IMG/VR virus record: IMGVR_UViG_3300018424_000006
Coordinates: 1-64,000 of that record
DNA: 64,000 nucleotides
Reading direction: 5' to 3' (one strand)
Positions 50,101-59,878 of this stretch are shown in pieces; the first letter of the stretch is position 1; each line of letters begins with the position of its first letter. The position numbers and the translations under genes were made by a program. Under the pieces are notes generated by a model. That model was given only the letters and a program-made list of their open reading frames with translations, was not told where the DNA came from and did no database searches.

Positions 50101-53100
50101 GCTGAGAAAATGCGTGAGTGGACTTACACTGGACCTACTTATAGTGGTTGGGATTACACTAACCGAACTGTTGGGGCTAGTGAAACGGCAGACGGTAATC
50201 GTGGCGCATCTGCAATTGGTGAGACCATTACCAATTACGTCTGGGGAGCCTTAGGAAAAACAGTACCTCCGTTTAATGTAAAGGCCGTTCCGGAAGACGG
50301 TGGCTGCACGATTGTTTGGGAGAAGCACGCCCCGATTTCTCGTGATACCATTACCGGCTATAGAATTTACGACTACAGTCAGGTAGACGGTTCCTTGAGT
50401 AATCCTCGCACTATTTCGCGAGATTCTCACAGACACCAGATAACCGGTTTATTGAATGGTTTTGATGCAACGTTTGTCGTGACAGCTATTGATTCTGTTA
50501 AAGGGGAGTCGGGATACGGATATCCGGTGACGGTTAGACCGAATGGTACGCCTACGGTCAAGCCTACTATAACTAATGTGACTGGCAACTTAAACCTAAT
50601 TGAAGGTACAAACTTTACGTTAGGGGCGGTAGTTCAGGGTTACGAAACGCTCTCATGGCTACGGAACGATGTTGTTATCAGTTCTGTAACTGAAGAATCG
50701 TATTCGTCCGTAGCCGCTTTGGTCGATGATGGTGCAGTTTATAAAATCCGTGCCGGTAACCCGGTAGGCATTACCGAGGTCGTCATTTCGACACTCTCCG
50801 TAATTGCCGTGGATTCTACTCCTCCGTCTGTCACTATTGCATTAAATGGTGATACGTTAAACATTGGCTTAGTTGATAACCTCTATCAGAAAGCTGATAT
50901 TAGCCTGCAGCTTTTTGCTGATGATACCCCTGTCGGAAACTCGTTTTCTGGCGCAGTAAGTTCCATAGATTTACTAAATGAAAATTTACCTTTGGGTAAC
51001 CTTTCTTTACGTGTGGAAGCCACTGACCCGCAAAACAACACAGGGACGTCTAGCACAGTACAGTATACAGTAGGTAGTCCGATCTTTACTGATGACTTTA
51101 CAGACGCAAGTCAATGGCTTGCTGGTATTTCTGCGGTAGGTAATATTGGTACTGTAACTGAAACTGCTAGAACCTCAAGTGACGTCTGGACGAATACGAC
51201 CGGCTTTACGTTAAAGTGGAAGCAGAAGATCTTGGATCAGATGGGCGATTACGTCCTTTTCAATATGGATATAGGTATCGCTGTAGACGGTAACCGTGCA
51301 GGTTCAGTCCGACTACGTTTTTATAAACGAAGCGGAAGTAACTCCCTTGCCAGCTATACTAGCCGAGCGGGCGTCGCTACAGGCTTTACTGATACGTTTA
51401 ATGCTGGTAACCCTACTTCGGATACTGGCGGTAACGAACCTTTAATTCAGTATGAGGCAACTGCAATAGGCACTACCTTCACGTTAAAGGCAGATGGTGT
51501 AGTTATTCTGACTGAAACCCTACCGGAAGACATCGGACCGTTCGATGGTAGAATTCAATTTGACCCGGATACTGCTGGAGATATTGAAATTTCGGATATA
51601 GTTGCATATGGAGAAGAAATTCCCGTTAATGCTGCGCCTACCGTAGATCCCCAAACAGTAAATGTAGGAGTTGGTCAAAGCCGAGTCATAACTCTCGGAG
51701 AGCTAACGGATTCTGATGGAGATACGTTGGTCTATAGCGTTACAGGTTCAAGCGACTTTGTTGCAGGACCGGGCGCAAACGAAATAACCTTTGAATCAGC
51801 TAGTGCCGGAGTCCATACGCTTACCGTGACTGCTGACGACCAGAAAGGCTTAAGTACTTCAAACACATTAACGGTTATTGTATCCATTCCACGTCCAGTA
51901 AGTCTAAAGTATGCTTTTAGCGGCTGGGCAAGTATGCAGAATAATCTAGGCGGCCAAAATGATGGACTAGATCCTTCCCTCTATAATCTTGTCGGTAAGA
52001 TGATGACTGATAATGGCATTCTTGGCTACGTCAGTGATTTTGAATACCTTCCAGAAGGGTCTCCTGACATTGACGGAACAGTCGCTACTGCACACGCAAA
52101 TTCCACCGATTCCGAAGTATTTATTATTTCGGCCTATCCGGGTTCTGACGGTATTTGTGCAGATCCTGCTACGTCATCTGGCGCTAAGGGCTCCGGTGCC
52201 GCCGGCTGGGTTCAGAGAGTAGTTGATATTGCTACGCTAGCTGAAAGTAACGGCATGCATCCCGTTCTGTTCCAAGCATGGGGTAATGAAAATGCAAAAG
52301 CGGACTGGGGCAATGCTAAACTTAACACCGATGCCATTCTAGGCATTAAACAGATTGGGGTTATTCGCACAGCAGAAATACTCAAAGCAGTGTACGACGA
52401 TACTGCTTCATATGCAACAAACGTTGCCAATGGCAGGACTAAGTACGAACCTCCTGTGGATACCATGTGGTCTGGCGATATCTCAGATACAATTAATGGT
52501 TCTTATGCAATGCTTTATGCAAATGCGCTAGCTACCATGAAATATATTTCGGGAATAAGTGCTGCTGACAACGCATATGTCGTACCAGCGTACTACCAAA
52601 TGCCTGCTGCATTAGTTAGTCTCATTAAGCAGAAGGTAGATGAGATTCAGGTAGAAACAATGAATGTCTACATACCGGTTGGCGTAGCGCCATCTGCAAA
52701 CGACATTAATGTAAACGCATATCAGGGTGATAGCTATGCCTATGATTTAGAGGCATTAACGCTTATTTCTGATGATGTTGCGATTATACCTGCAAACTTT
52801 ACGCTTTCTAGCGCCACTGCTGCTCACTATACCAGCGCTAATATAGCTAACGGTATTTTGACGATAGTGCCCGGGAGTTCTTATGAGGGCCTTTCCCCTA
52901 TTATAGTAACTTATACGGATGCTGATGGAAACATTACACCTTTTAATGTTAACGTCAATATAAGTGCTAAGCCATCTTCAGATGCAGTAAAGGTCTGGAT
53001 AGATTTTGGTAAAGGGTCGGGTAGTGCATTCGGAACCGACGGGAATCTTTATAACCACGCTACTGCACTCGATGGCGGCGGTGAAGTTATAAACCTTATT

Positions 53101-55038
53101 CGTAGAATGGACGCACTTACCACTCAAGGTAACCTACAGGACGTTAATGGTGTCGTAGTAGGGTCAGTTAGTGCATTGACAACGGATATGTACTCTCCGG
53201 GATATGCGTCTCAGACAGATCCGATTGTAGTTGACTATAACCCTGATAGTTACTTTGACGGCTCGTTGGCTACCATACCTAAAGGTACAACTGTATCTTT
53301 CTCTATCAACGGCTTAACGCCGGGAGATAAGTTCGTAGTTGGTATTGGCGGTATGTATCCATATGCAGATGCTACTAACGTAGTAGATGTAAACGTCAAT
53401 GGGGTAACTGGCAGCTATAACTCGTCTCGTCTATCTAACTTGTTCAGTACATGGCAAGATATAGTGACGGTAAATGCAGATGGTAAAATTATCTTTGCAC
53501 TTAGTCAAAATAGTACTGCCGATCGAGGAGGTTTGTCTTATGTTACCTTAGAGAAGCAGGCAGGTTTACCGCCAGCTACTTCTAACTATTCAGCTGGCGA
53601 TCAGGTAATCAATCCTAATATGCCAACGGCCATGCCAGATAAATGGGTTAATGTTGAAGATCCGACTACAGGAACGCGCCTAACGCGTGTAACTGACTCT
53701 AGTACAGACATGCAACTATCTACCCAGGCGTTAAATGGCAGCTCCAGATGGAGTCAAGAAAATGCTGACGGCTCACTTTATATTGCCTTTGGAAGTGACT
53801 TATCGTCGTCTACCGTACTTAGGAAGACTACTGGTGCGGTTGTAGCCTATCTGGCGTCTGATGACTCAGGAGCCGATGCTAGCACTTTAGGTCTAGAGCA
53901 TGAAGTGCGGTGGGATAAGACTGGTAATCACGCAAACAGGGTTTACTTCAGAAGCGGCATGAGTCTATATCAGATTGACGATGTAACTCAAAACGTTAAT
54001 GCAGATCGTTCTAATCCGACTCGCTCAGTAATTAAGGACTTTAGTTCGTTAATTGACTGGCCTGCTGGAACAGAAGCGTTTGATAAGAAAATCTTCAATG
54101 GTCAGAAAGGGGATAGCTCTTTAGATTCCGACCATTGGGCATTTATGGCTGCTTACAATGACGGCGGTACTTGGAGAATTCGTGCTATAGTGCATTATCA
54201 GATTTCTACTGATACTACGCATATTCTTTATCCGTCTGACTTGATAGGTAGTAGCCTAGATTCTACTCAAGCAACTTCCGACTACTTCACTAGACAACCT
54301 AGTGCAGTAGGTATTTCTCCTTTGGCGACTGGTATTGTAGTACACGTTGCTCGTTCAGATACTGGCGTTTTCGAAGACTTAGCCGATACATGGTTGGATG
54401 GTACACACTTGTGGCCATTAGACTTAGATTGGAGGGCATCAAACCCATTTAAGATTTCGATTAGTGATACCAACTCAGGTTGGTGTTGGTCAGCAGACGG
54501 TCGGGAAATGTTTACATACCTAGATGACCGACGGGATATGTTGTGTGCCACTTATATATCTGGTGCATACAAAGGCTATAGCTTACCTAATACTGCAGTA
54601 CCGGGTCAAGATCCGGGAGTAGGTACAATAGACTTTGCTAGACATATTGATCTTGCATATACAGAAATACATTTTAGTCAGATGCCTCAAAGTAAGCCGG
54701 GCTGGGTTTTATTATCCACCTACGATACTAGTGACGAATGGGCCGATGATCAACTAATGATGTTTGAAGTCGTTGACCATAACTCCTCTCCTAATTGGTG
54801 GAGGGTTAGTCCTATGTATAGTAAGTATAGCGGTCAGGCTTTTGATGAAGCTCCTGCGAGCATGTCTTTGGATGGTAATTCTATCTATGTGTCACAGAAC
54901 TGGGGAACTAGTGACGGCGCATCGAATGAAGTATTCCGATATGACTTACCTGAAGATTGGCAGACTACTGCACCTACCACTAACAGTGGTGTTGTATATG
55001 GTGAAGTAATTGAAATAACAGGCGTGGAGGTTTCCTAA
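47182..55038 (+). CDS. Giant multidomain appendage protein (2618 aa): anchor, Ig/cadherin-like repeats, beta-helix, FN3, lectin-like, SGNH-like, lyase-like beta-propeller
   Basis: Shared N-terminal anchor; Gly8 linker at 47797-47820; DxD(G/N)D Ig repeats; parallel beta-helix about 48730-50260; FN3 'PPFNVKAVPEDG'; propeller beginning 'DPTTGTRLTRVTD'. Confidence 0.8.
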   Translation: MHLSNQLETLLAKASQALQETSQSINSVDSQSDNNVVQIATLTNQIQQVLDLLSGITNINEFLSDQDIISDLDTPAPPENNKLVQASTVWQINKELESLLDTLAAFDGDADGVDYVENLNSVMTWARANKDILDAMAPATPTQTGFFSKEDKAKLDALEQGATATNLSDDETTNDSATAASTALTFKLKTALDDLAQTVSDIQANGGGGGGGGSITDADGAAIESALDARYNSTAWRDGLSEWTNTLPTIVDINQTTKATQDLIINLDNYGSDPDEGQTLTYTCSPMTNVTLAGSILTFNSPNVGTEVFTITTDDGAGGGASATLTITVTRFGYVEIVDKTEYAVQGIAKVITLGPTHDDENDQAVYTVTGSTDFVMGPGTNEITFTGTTVASVPLSVQADDGNGNISNATITVEVEAPSTNPWPVVQNVSPQYVAKGATFSLTPVITNPATAGEVNWFKEFGPDDLEVNPITGEITWNTPSDWQAESFHVIIRAVNLDATDGMLEFILHYGKTAGDVVMVGPSHSYKTWQEAHPNLVSGQSIIIEDGSYSDFGMGIGRFNNGNWYPPSGTATALTCVMAETVGGVTLTGDAGVSFVLWSAGKSEAQDISFSGLFVKGGPSINFNGDSNDKLNTRVKRIKTIACGCDGDDAIPIYSRIADDILIESCYAFGGGRYKISTNESTRVVQRRNLGRMDRTDMDGVEDPKGTFMAYNTWEFYWSNLIDLDALDRFRSNGEIVGAFGTPVTGTGTTPEGSFGIITTCIHLNSENRLCNFDSQLSSAGGHSDVKMEHVASFNIKPDWAYGYSWGSGWFDRMSIVNIQPLAPVDSAMINTGGRYYCRGMTNSIIDQVDITTNGGTGDFFRELNTGPVDIPYNGGVSRTVEKYGVYGNNITNVDTAGMIGTGAQYEINTTTVDVSAAFDYLTRVNDDHALAGQKGAEVLYLKGKSGRFFGDAGYDEDTKIPMWPFPLQHKMAEKMREWTYTGPTYSGWDYTNRTVGASETADGNRGASAIGETITNYVWGALGKTVPPFNVKAVPEDGGCTIVWEKHAPISRDTITGYRIYDYSQVDGSLSNPRTISRDSHRHQITGLLNGFDATFVVTAIDSVKGESGYGYPVTVRPNGTPTVKPTITNVTGNLNLIEGTNFTLGAVVQGYETLSWLRNDVVISSVTEESYSSVAALVDDGAVYKIRAGNPVGITEVVISTLSVIAVDSTPPSVTIALNGDTLNIGLVDNLYQKADISLQLFADDTPVGNSFSGAVSSIDLLNENLPLGNLSLRVEATDPQNNTGTSSTVQYTVGSPIFTDDFTDASQWLAGISAVGNIGTVTETARTSSDVWTNTTGFTLKWKQKILDQMGDYVLFNMDIGIAVDGNRAGSVRLRFYKRSGSNSLASYTSRAGVATGFTDTFNAGNPTSDTGGNEPLIQYEATAIGTTFTLKADGVVILTETLPEDIGPFDGRIQFDPDTAGDIEISDIVAYGEEIPVNAAPTVDPQTVNVGVGQSRVITLGELTDSDGDTLVYSVTGSSDFVAGPGANEITFESASAGVHTLTVTADDQKGLSTSNTLTVIVSIPRPVSLKYAFSGWASMQNNLGGQNDGLDPSLYNLVGKMMTDNGILGYVSDFEYLPEGSPDIDGTVATAHANSTDSEVFIISAYPGSDGICADPATSSGAKGSGAAGWVQRVVDIATLAESNGMHPVLFQAWGNENAKADWGNAKLNTDAILGIKQIGVIRTAEILKAVYDDTASYATNVANGRTKYEPPVDTMWSGDISDTINGSYAMLYANALATMKYISGISAADNAYVVPAYYQMPAALVSLIKQKVDEIQVETMNVYIPVGVAPSANDINVNAYQGDSYAYDLEALTLISDDVAIIPANFTLSSATAAHYTSANIANGILTIVPGSSYEGLSPIIVTYTDADGNITPFNVNVNISAKPSSDAVKVWIDFGKGSGSAFGTDGNLYNHATALDGGGEVINLIRRMDALTTQGNLQDVNGVVVGSVSALTTDMYSPGYASQTDPIVVDYNPDSYFDGSLATIPKGTTVSFSINGLTPGDKFVVGIGGMYPYADATNVVDVNVNGVTGSYNSSRLSNLFSTWQDIVTVNADGKIIFALSQNSTADRGGLSYVTLEKQAGLPPATSNYSAGDQVINPNMPTAMPDKWVNVEDPTTGTRLTRVTDSSTDMQLSTQALNGSSRWSQENADGSLYIAFGSDLSSSTVLRKTTGAVVAYLASDDSGADASTLGLEHEVRWDKTGNHANRVYFRSGMSLYQIDDVTQNVNADRSNPTRSVIKDFSSLIDWPAGTEAFDKKIFNGQKGDSSLDSDHWAFMAAYNDGGTWRIRAIVHYQISTDTTHILYPSDLIGSSLDSTQATSDYFTRQPSAVGISPLATGIVVHVARSDTGVFEDLADTWLDGTHLWPLDLDWRASNPFKISISDTNSGWCWSADGREMFTYLDDRRDMLCATYISGAYKGYSLPNTAVPGQDPGVGTIDFARHIDLAYTEIHFSQMPQSKPGWVLLSTYDTSDEWADDQLMMFEVVDHNSSPNWWRVSPMYSKYSGQAFDEAPASMSLDGNSIYVSQNWGTSDGASNEVFRYDLPEDWQTTAPTTNSGVVYGEVIEITGVEVS

Positions 55039-58000
55039 TGCCATTTACGTACATTGTCGATACGAATCCTGCGGTACAAGGTAATGCGGATACATTCGCT
55101 ACCTTTGATGCCTGCATGACTCATATCTATGATACACATGGCGTTTACCTCGATAGTGGTGGTGATGCCGGATTGGTTACGATTAATTTCCGTAACTCAT
55201 CTGGCGTCCCATTAAACGAGTTTGTAGACGTTAATAGGTTCTTCCCTAACGGTACAAACCGTATTGAGATCGTTGGCCAAATGGCCAACGGTTTTCCTGC
55301 GGTTGTAGAAGACTGGGTTGATAACACAGAAACTCTCGTATTCCGAGTCTACGATGACTACATAGATGTTTATGGAGAAACTGAAGACTCGTTTATAATT
55401 CGAGGTGATTTAGCGGTAACCACCGGCAAGGCGCTCTTTTCAGTATCGAAAGATATGTCGAAGTTTGAGCGCATTTCACTTGACGGTGTAGATAGTAGCT
55501 ATTACGCTGGTATAAGCGGAAGTAATACTGCCACCGGCTCTCATCTTAAAATTGTTCGTTGTAAACGTCAGTTTTATGGTGCCATTCGTGCAGGTAATGT
55601 TTCACTTGACCATTGTACCATAAATAACTGTCGTCTTATCCGTAGTTCAGGAATCATCACAAATAGTATTGTAGCAAACATCACTTCTCATTCTGAGAAT
55701 GACGGCTTTATTGATGGCTCGGATTACAATATCTACGATGTTGATAAAGCGACTATAAAATATAACTCAAGTGTAGCGGATACTAGTCTAGTTGATGTAA
55801 ACAGCCAGTTTAGTGTCGACATTGCGGCTAACTTCAACGAAGATACCTTTGGGGCTTATAACCTTAAAGCGGGCTCCGTTGCCGAGAATGCGGATTCTAC
55901 AGGTACCGGTAACCCGGGTGCTGATACGGATGCGTTAGTCGGCGAGCCGCCACAATTAAGTATCTACTTAAATGGCGATACTCTAACTGCGGTAGTTTCG
56001 GATGACGCCACCGCTAACCCTAGCCTACAGCTTTATATAGACGGGGTGGCTCAAGGGAGTGCTCAAACAGCAACCTCTTGGGATATGACTCAGTTTGCTT
56101 TAGCTACTGGTGTTTATAGGTTATCGGTAGAGGCTACGGACGACGACTCTAACTCTGCCGTGTCTAACGAGCGCTACTATTCAGTGGGAGGGATACTTAA
56201 GGTACTTTTCTTAGGTAACTCCTTGACTCAAACACCTGTAGAACCCGCTGGGGTTTCTGACGCACTTTACCATACCGTCCGAAAAATGTTTCAGTCTGTC
56301 GGCTCCGACATTTTTATAGACTGGAGTATGATTGGCGGCGCTACATTTGAAGAGCATTATGGCAGTACTGTTTCAAGATCCAAGATCAGTTCTGGTAACT
56401 ACGATGTTATCTTGATGCAAGGTGAAGGTAACGACTATGCCGATGATGCGTGGTATGATACCTGGTGTAAACCAATGGTTGACGATGCTAAGGCGGCAAA
56501 TACCGACTGGGTTTTCTGGGCACACTGGCATCGCGAGAATGAAACTGATCGATATGCCGATCGACTGGCAAATCAGGTAAATGGCGCGGCACGAATGGGT
56601 TGTGACTTAATTGACACAATCTCTGCATGGCACAACATTCAGGCTAATAACCCTACGTTTGACCTTTATGCAGATAACACCCACCAGAACTTGGCAGGTG
56701 AGTTCATAAACGCCATAGCCATTTACCGTTACCTTACAGGTAATCCATCTTCAACACCGTCTTATGTCCAACCCTTACTTACTACTGATGTAGGTAGTGG
56801 TGGTCTAGGTTATACTACAGCTGATCTTGATATTATCCGAACTCAAGTAGATACGGACATTACAAATCAGTTTGTTAGGACTGGGGTAAATAGCTGTAGC
56901 GTTATAATTACACAACCGTCGGGCGCGATTGACGTCACTGTAGGTACTGAAGTTACTTTCACGGCAACTGCTACAGATAGCTCTACTGGCGATCTGTCAG
57001 CAAATATAGTCTGGAAAGATAATGACGGTGTTACTCTACATACAGGCAATACGTTTTCTACTACAACCCTACCTACTGGTAATTTGCTTATTACTGCAAA
57101 CTGTGTAGGTAGTGATGGAAAGACAACTACTGCCGCACGGTCGGTGAAGGTTCGTACATTAGTCAATTCTGCTCCTGTTACTCAGAAGGGCTATAGGGAA
57201 GTTGATTACCAATCTCCGTTCACTCAGCTTAGTTTAGCAGCTTTGATGACGGATGATAACGATGAACTTGATCTTAATACACTGACGATTACTCAGCAGC
57301 CTCGTAACTGTACGGCTGTGCAGGACGGTCAAACGTTAACTACGTTAAATGTTGACTATTCTGGCACAGAGTTTTATGGTACGGATACCCTAAAGTATAC
57401 AATTGCTGATATGGATGGCGCTGTATCAAACGAGTCTGTCTATGAGATTTACGTTAAGCCGCCACCTGCTTCTACGGGTACCCTTCGGGGCGGCCTGAAT
57501 ATTACAAGAGGCTCTGCCTTTGTAATTGATCTGGAGCGGTACTGGCCTAATGGCGATGCGTCTATGGTGGAGGTCTATGTTGTCGATACTAGTGATGGGA
57601 CTGAATATAAGTGTACCGTTACAGCGAATGCTAAAAACGAGATTACTTGTACAGCACCAAACACAATCGATTTAACTACGACTTTGTCAAACGCAACAAT
57701 TCGAATAAAACCGATAGCCACTCTGGGAAAGGGTGATGGCAGTAGTACGGCTAATACGAATGAGCTGCAGGATCTCAGCTTTAGTATTGCTGCCGGTGCA
57801 GATGGAATTCTTCGTAGTACGCATGAAAATGGTAGCGTACCTTCATTAATAGCGGGGCCATTAAATGTTTATCATTTTGATGGTTCAGTAGCAGTAGGAG
57901 GTTTGTTTGATAGGCCGGGTGTAGTAGTAACGGCCAATGACGCTACATGGGAAGTGATTGAAGAAGACGCCTTAGGTGGTAGCTTTGAGTACTTTACTGG

Positions 58001-58112
58001 TGGCGGTTATTCCTATAGTGCTGGTAGCACTGCAGGTATCGCTTACTTTAAATACCTTGTTCGTGACGGTAATGAAATCGCTATTGCAGTGGAACGCATT
58101 ACAGTTACATAA
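55038..58112 (+). CDS. Beta-helix + Ig + SGNH/GDSL esterase + Ig/PKD multidomain protein
   Basis: Block I 'VLFLGNSLT', block V 'ADNTHQNLAG' (DxxH); TAATG overlap with the upstream gene. Confidence 0.75.
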   Translation: MPFTYIVDTNPAVQGNADTFATFDACMTHIYDTHGVYLDSGGDAGLVTINFRNSSGVPLNEFVDVNRFFPNGTNRIEIVGQMANGFPAVVEDWVDNTETLVFRVYDDYIDVYGETEDSFIIRGDLAVTTGKALFSVSKDMSKFERISLDGVDSSYYAGISGSNTATGSHLKIVRCKRQFYGAIRAGNVSLDHCTINNCRLIRSSGIITNSIVANITSHSENDGFIDGSDYNIYDVDKATIKYNSSVADTSLVDVNSQFSVDIAANFNEDTFGAYNLKAGSVAENADSTGTGNPGADTDALVGEPPQLSIYLNGDTLTAVVSDDATANPSLQLYIDGVAQGSAQTATSWDMTQFALATGVYRLSVEATDDDSNSAVSNERYYSVGGILKVLFLGNSLTQTPVEPAGVSDALYHTVRKMFQSVGSDIFIDWSMIGGATFEEHYGSTVSRSKISSGNYDVILMQGEGNDYADDAWYDTWCKPMVDDAKAANTDWVFWAHWHRENETDRYADRLANQVNGAARMGCDLIDTISAWHNIQANNPTFDLYADNTHQNLAGEFINAIAIYRYLTGNPSSTPSYVQPLLTTDVGSGGLGYTTADLDIIRTQVDTDITNQFVRTGVNSCSVIITQPSGAIDVTVGTEVTFTATATDSSTGDLSANIVWKDNDGVTLHTGNTFSTTTLPTGNLLITANCVGSDGKTTTAARSVKVRTLVNSAPVTQKGYREVDYQSPFTQLSLAALMTDDNDELDLNTLTITQQPRNCTAVQDGQTLTTLNVDYSGTEFYGTDTLKYTIADMDGAVSNESVYEIYVKPPPASTGTLRGGLNITRGSAFVIDLERYWPNGDASMVEVYVVDTSDGTEYKCTVTANAKNEITCTAPNTIDLTTTLSNATIRIKPIATLGKGDGSSTANTNELQDLSFSIAAGADGILRSTHENGSVPSLIAGPLNVYHFDGSVAVGGLFDRPGVVVTANDATWEVIEEDALGGSFEYFTGGGYSYSAGSTAGIAYFKYLVRDGNEIAIAVERITVT

Positions 58113-58126
58113 ATGGAGTTTGAAAA

Positions 58127-59878
58127 ATGAAACGTTTAATCCAGCTTTTGGTTTGGTCTATTTCTTTAACCATTATGTCAGAAGCAAGTGCGCTTAAACT
58201 AAACTCCGGTAACAGTACCACAGTGGCCCGTGGGGCCACTGTATCTGTATCGGCCGGGAAAGTTTATTATGTTAGGCCGGGTGGAGGGAATGACACTCAA
58301 TGTACTGGCCTTGCTGATGTTGACTATGACGGTAGTGGGACAGGAGAAGCTTGTGCTTTTTCTACTCCATTCTACGCCCTTGGGTCTGGCGACGTAGGCC
58401 TTAAAATGGTTGGGGGTGATACACTAATAATTGCTGACGGTAATTATGATATTGGGTACGGTGCAAAAGGTACTGAAGGCTTAAGTTGTAGTACGTCTTG
58501 GGCTTGGTCATGCCATTTAAGTGCTATTCCCTCAGGAACCCCCGGAAGGCCAACGCGAATACTTGGAGCTAACTATAAAACAGGTTGTGCAACCAGCCCT
58601 AAGTTTATAGGTATAGAACGGGCCGAAGCAATTCTTAACTTAGAGGATTCCAACTTTGTTGAAGTTCAATGCCTTGAGCTAACGGATGATGAAGAATGTG
58701 GACAAGGACATCTCTCTACTCCTTATGGAATTGGGGTCGCTGCGGCATGTGCAGGAGAGTATCCATTCGGCCGGTGGGCACGTAATGGAATCTATGCGGC
58801 GAGATCCGACAATGTTTATCTGAAAGATATCCATATCCACGGAACAGGCTCTAACGGACTCTATTCGCATACCCTATCAAACTGGCATCTAGATAATGTT
58901 GATATCATTGGTGTTGCTAGCGCAGGTTGGTCAGGTGATGCCGGCGGCAACCCTACCAACAATACGGGTTATTTTAGATGGTGGAATAGCGAAATTAGCT
59001 GGAGTGGCTGCATAGAGTCTAAAACACAAAATGGTTATATGCTAGATGCTAGCTGTACTGGTCAGAATGGTGGCAACTATTCAGACGGTATCGGTTTCAG
59101 TAAAACAGGCGGTAATTACCATTTTAAAAATATGCTAGTCCATCACAATGTTCAGGACGGCATAGACCTACTCTATCTTGACGGCGAAGTAGGGACTGAA
59201 CTGCTCGTTGAGGATTCTTTATTTTACGGGAACGGTGGTAACGGACTAAAGTCAGGACCTACATATAGCGGACAGCTCACTCGTGACAGTACGATAATCG
59301 CTAACTGTAGTGAGATGGGGGATAGTAAACGCTGGGTAGCTGCCGGTACAAACACAATGTGTCGGGCAGGCGGTGGTCCTATTAGTGGACGAGGAGTTTA
59401 TGAACGCGTCTCTATTTATACAAATGGCGATGGAATTTTCTCTACTCAATGCCGTTATGAAAAATGTGGCAATGTCCACTTTATAGACTCTATCTTATTT
59501 GCCGGTGATGAAGTAGACTGGACTGGTGGTGATGATACTAGGACAGTTGAGAAAGCGGCATTAGGCTGGAACGATGCAGCTGCCAACCCGGCCTCGGAAT
59601 GGAGGTTTACGAATACCATAGTTTGGGACCCAAAAGGCACCCTAGCTAACGGAGTGGTGTATTTCGTAAATGGGGTAGAAACGACAATAACCGATAACTG
59701 TCAGGTATCTAGTTTTAAGGATGATACGTTAGACCTTACTGGCTGTCAAGACCCCGGCTTCACCGCATTCCCCGGAGGAGCAGATGGACCACTATACTGG
59801 AATGACGTAGAGTCTTTAGAGATAGATCCTAGTAGTCAGTTCTTTGGAAAAGAAATAGGCGATTGGAGAAGACAGTAA
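58127..59878 (+). CDS. Secreted right-handed beta-helix protein, PL9-like polysaccharide lyase
   Basis: Sec signal MKRLIQLLVWSISLTIMSEASA|; 16 Cys; 'SDGI', 'HNVQDGIDL' and 'GNGGNGLKSG' resemble PL9 Ca-binding and catalytic-Lys motifs. Confidence 0.65.
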   Translation: MKRLIQLLVWSISLTIMSEASALKLNSGNSTTVARGATVSVSAGKVYYVRPGGGNDTQCTGLADVDYDGSGTGEACAFSTPFYALGSGDVGLKMVGGDTLIIADGNYDIGYGAKGTEGLSCSTSWAWSCHLSAIPSGTPGRPTRILGANYKTGCATSPKFIGIERAEAILNLEDSNFVEVQCLELTDDEECGQGHLSTPYGIGVAAACAGEYPFGRWARNGIYAARSDNVYLKDIHIHGTGSNGLYSHTLSNWHLDNVDIIGVASAGWSGDAGGNPTNNTGYFRWWNSEISWSGCIESKTQNGYMLDASCTGQNGGNYSDGIGFSKTGGNYHFKNMLVHHNVQDGIDLLYLDGEVGTELLVEDSLFYGNGGNGLKSGPTYSGQLTRDSTIIANCSEMGDSKRWVAAGTNTMCRAGGGPISGRGVYERVSIYTNGDGIFSTQCRYEKCGNVHFIDSILFAGDEVDWTGGDDTRTVEKAALGWNDAAANPASEWRFTNTIVWDPKGTLANGVVYFVNGVETTITDNCQVSSFKDDTLDLTGCQDPGFTAFPGGADGPLYWNDVESLEIDPSSQFFGKEIGDWRRQ

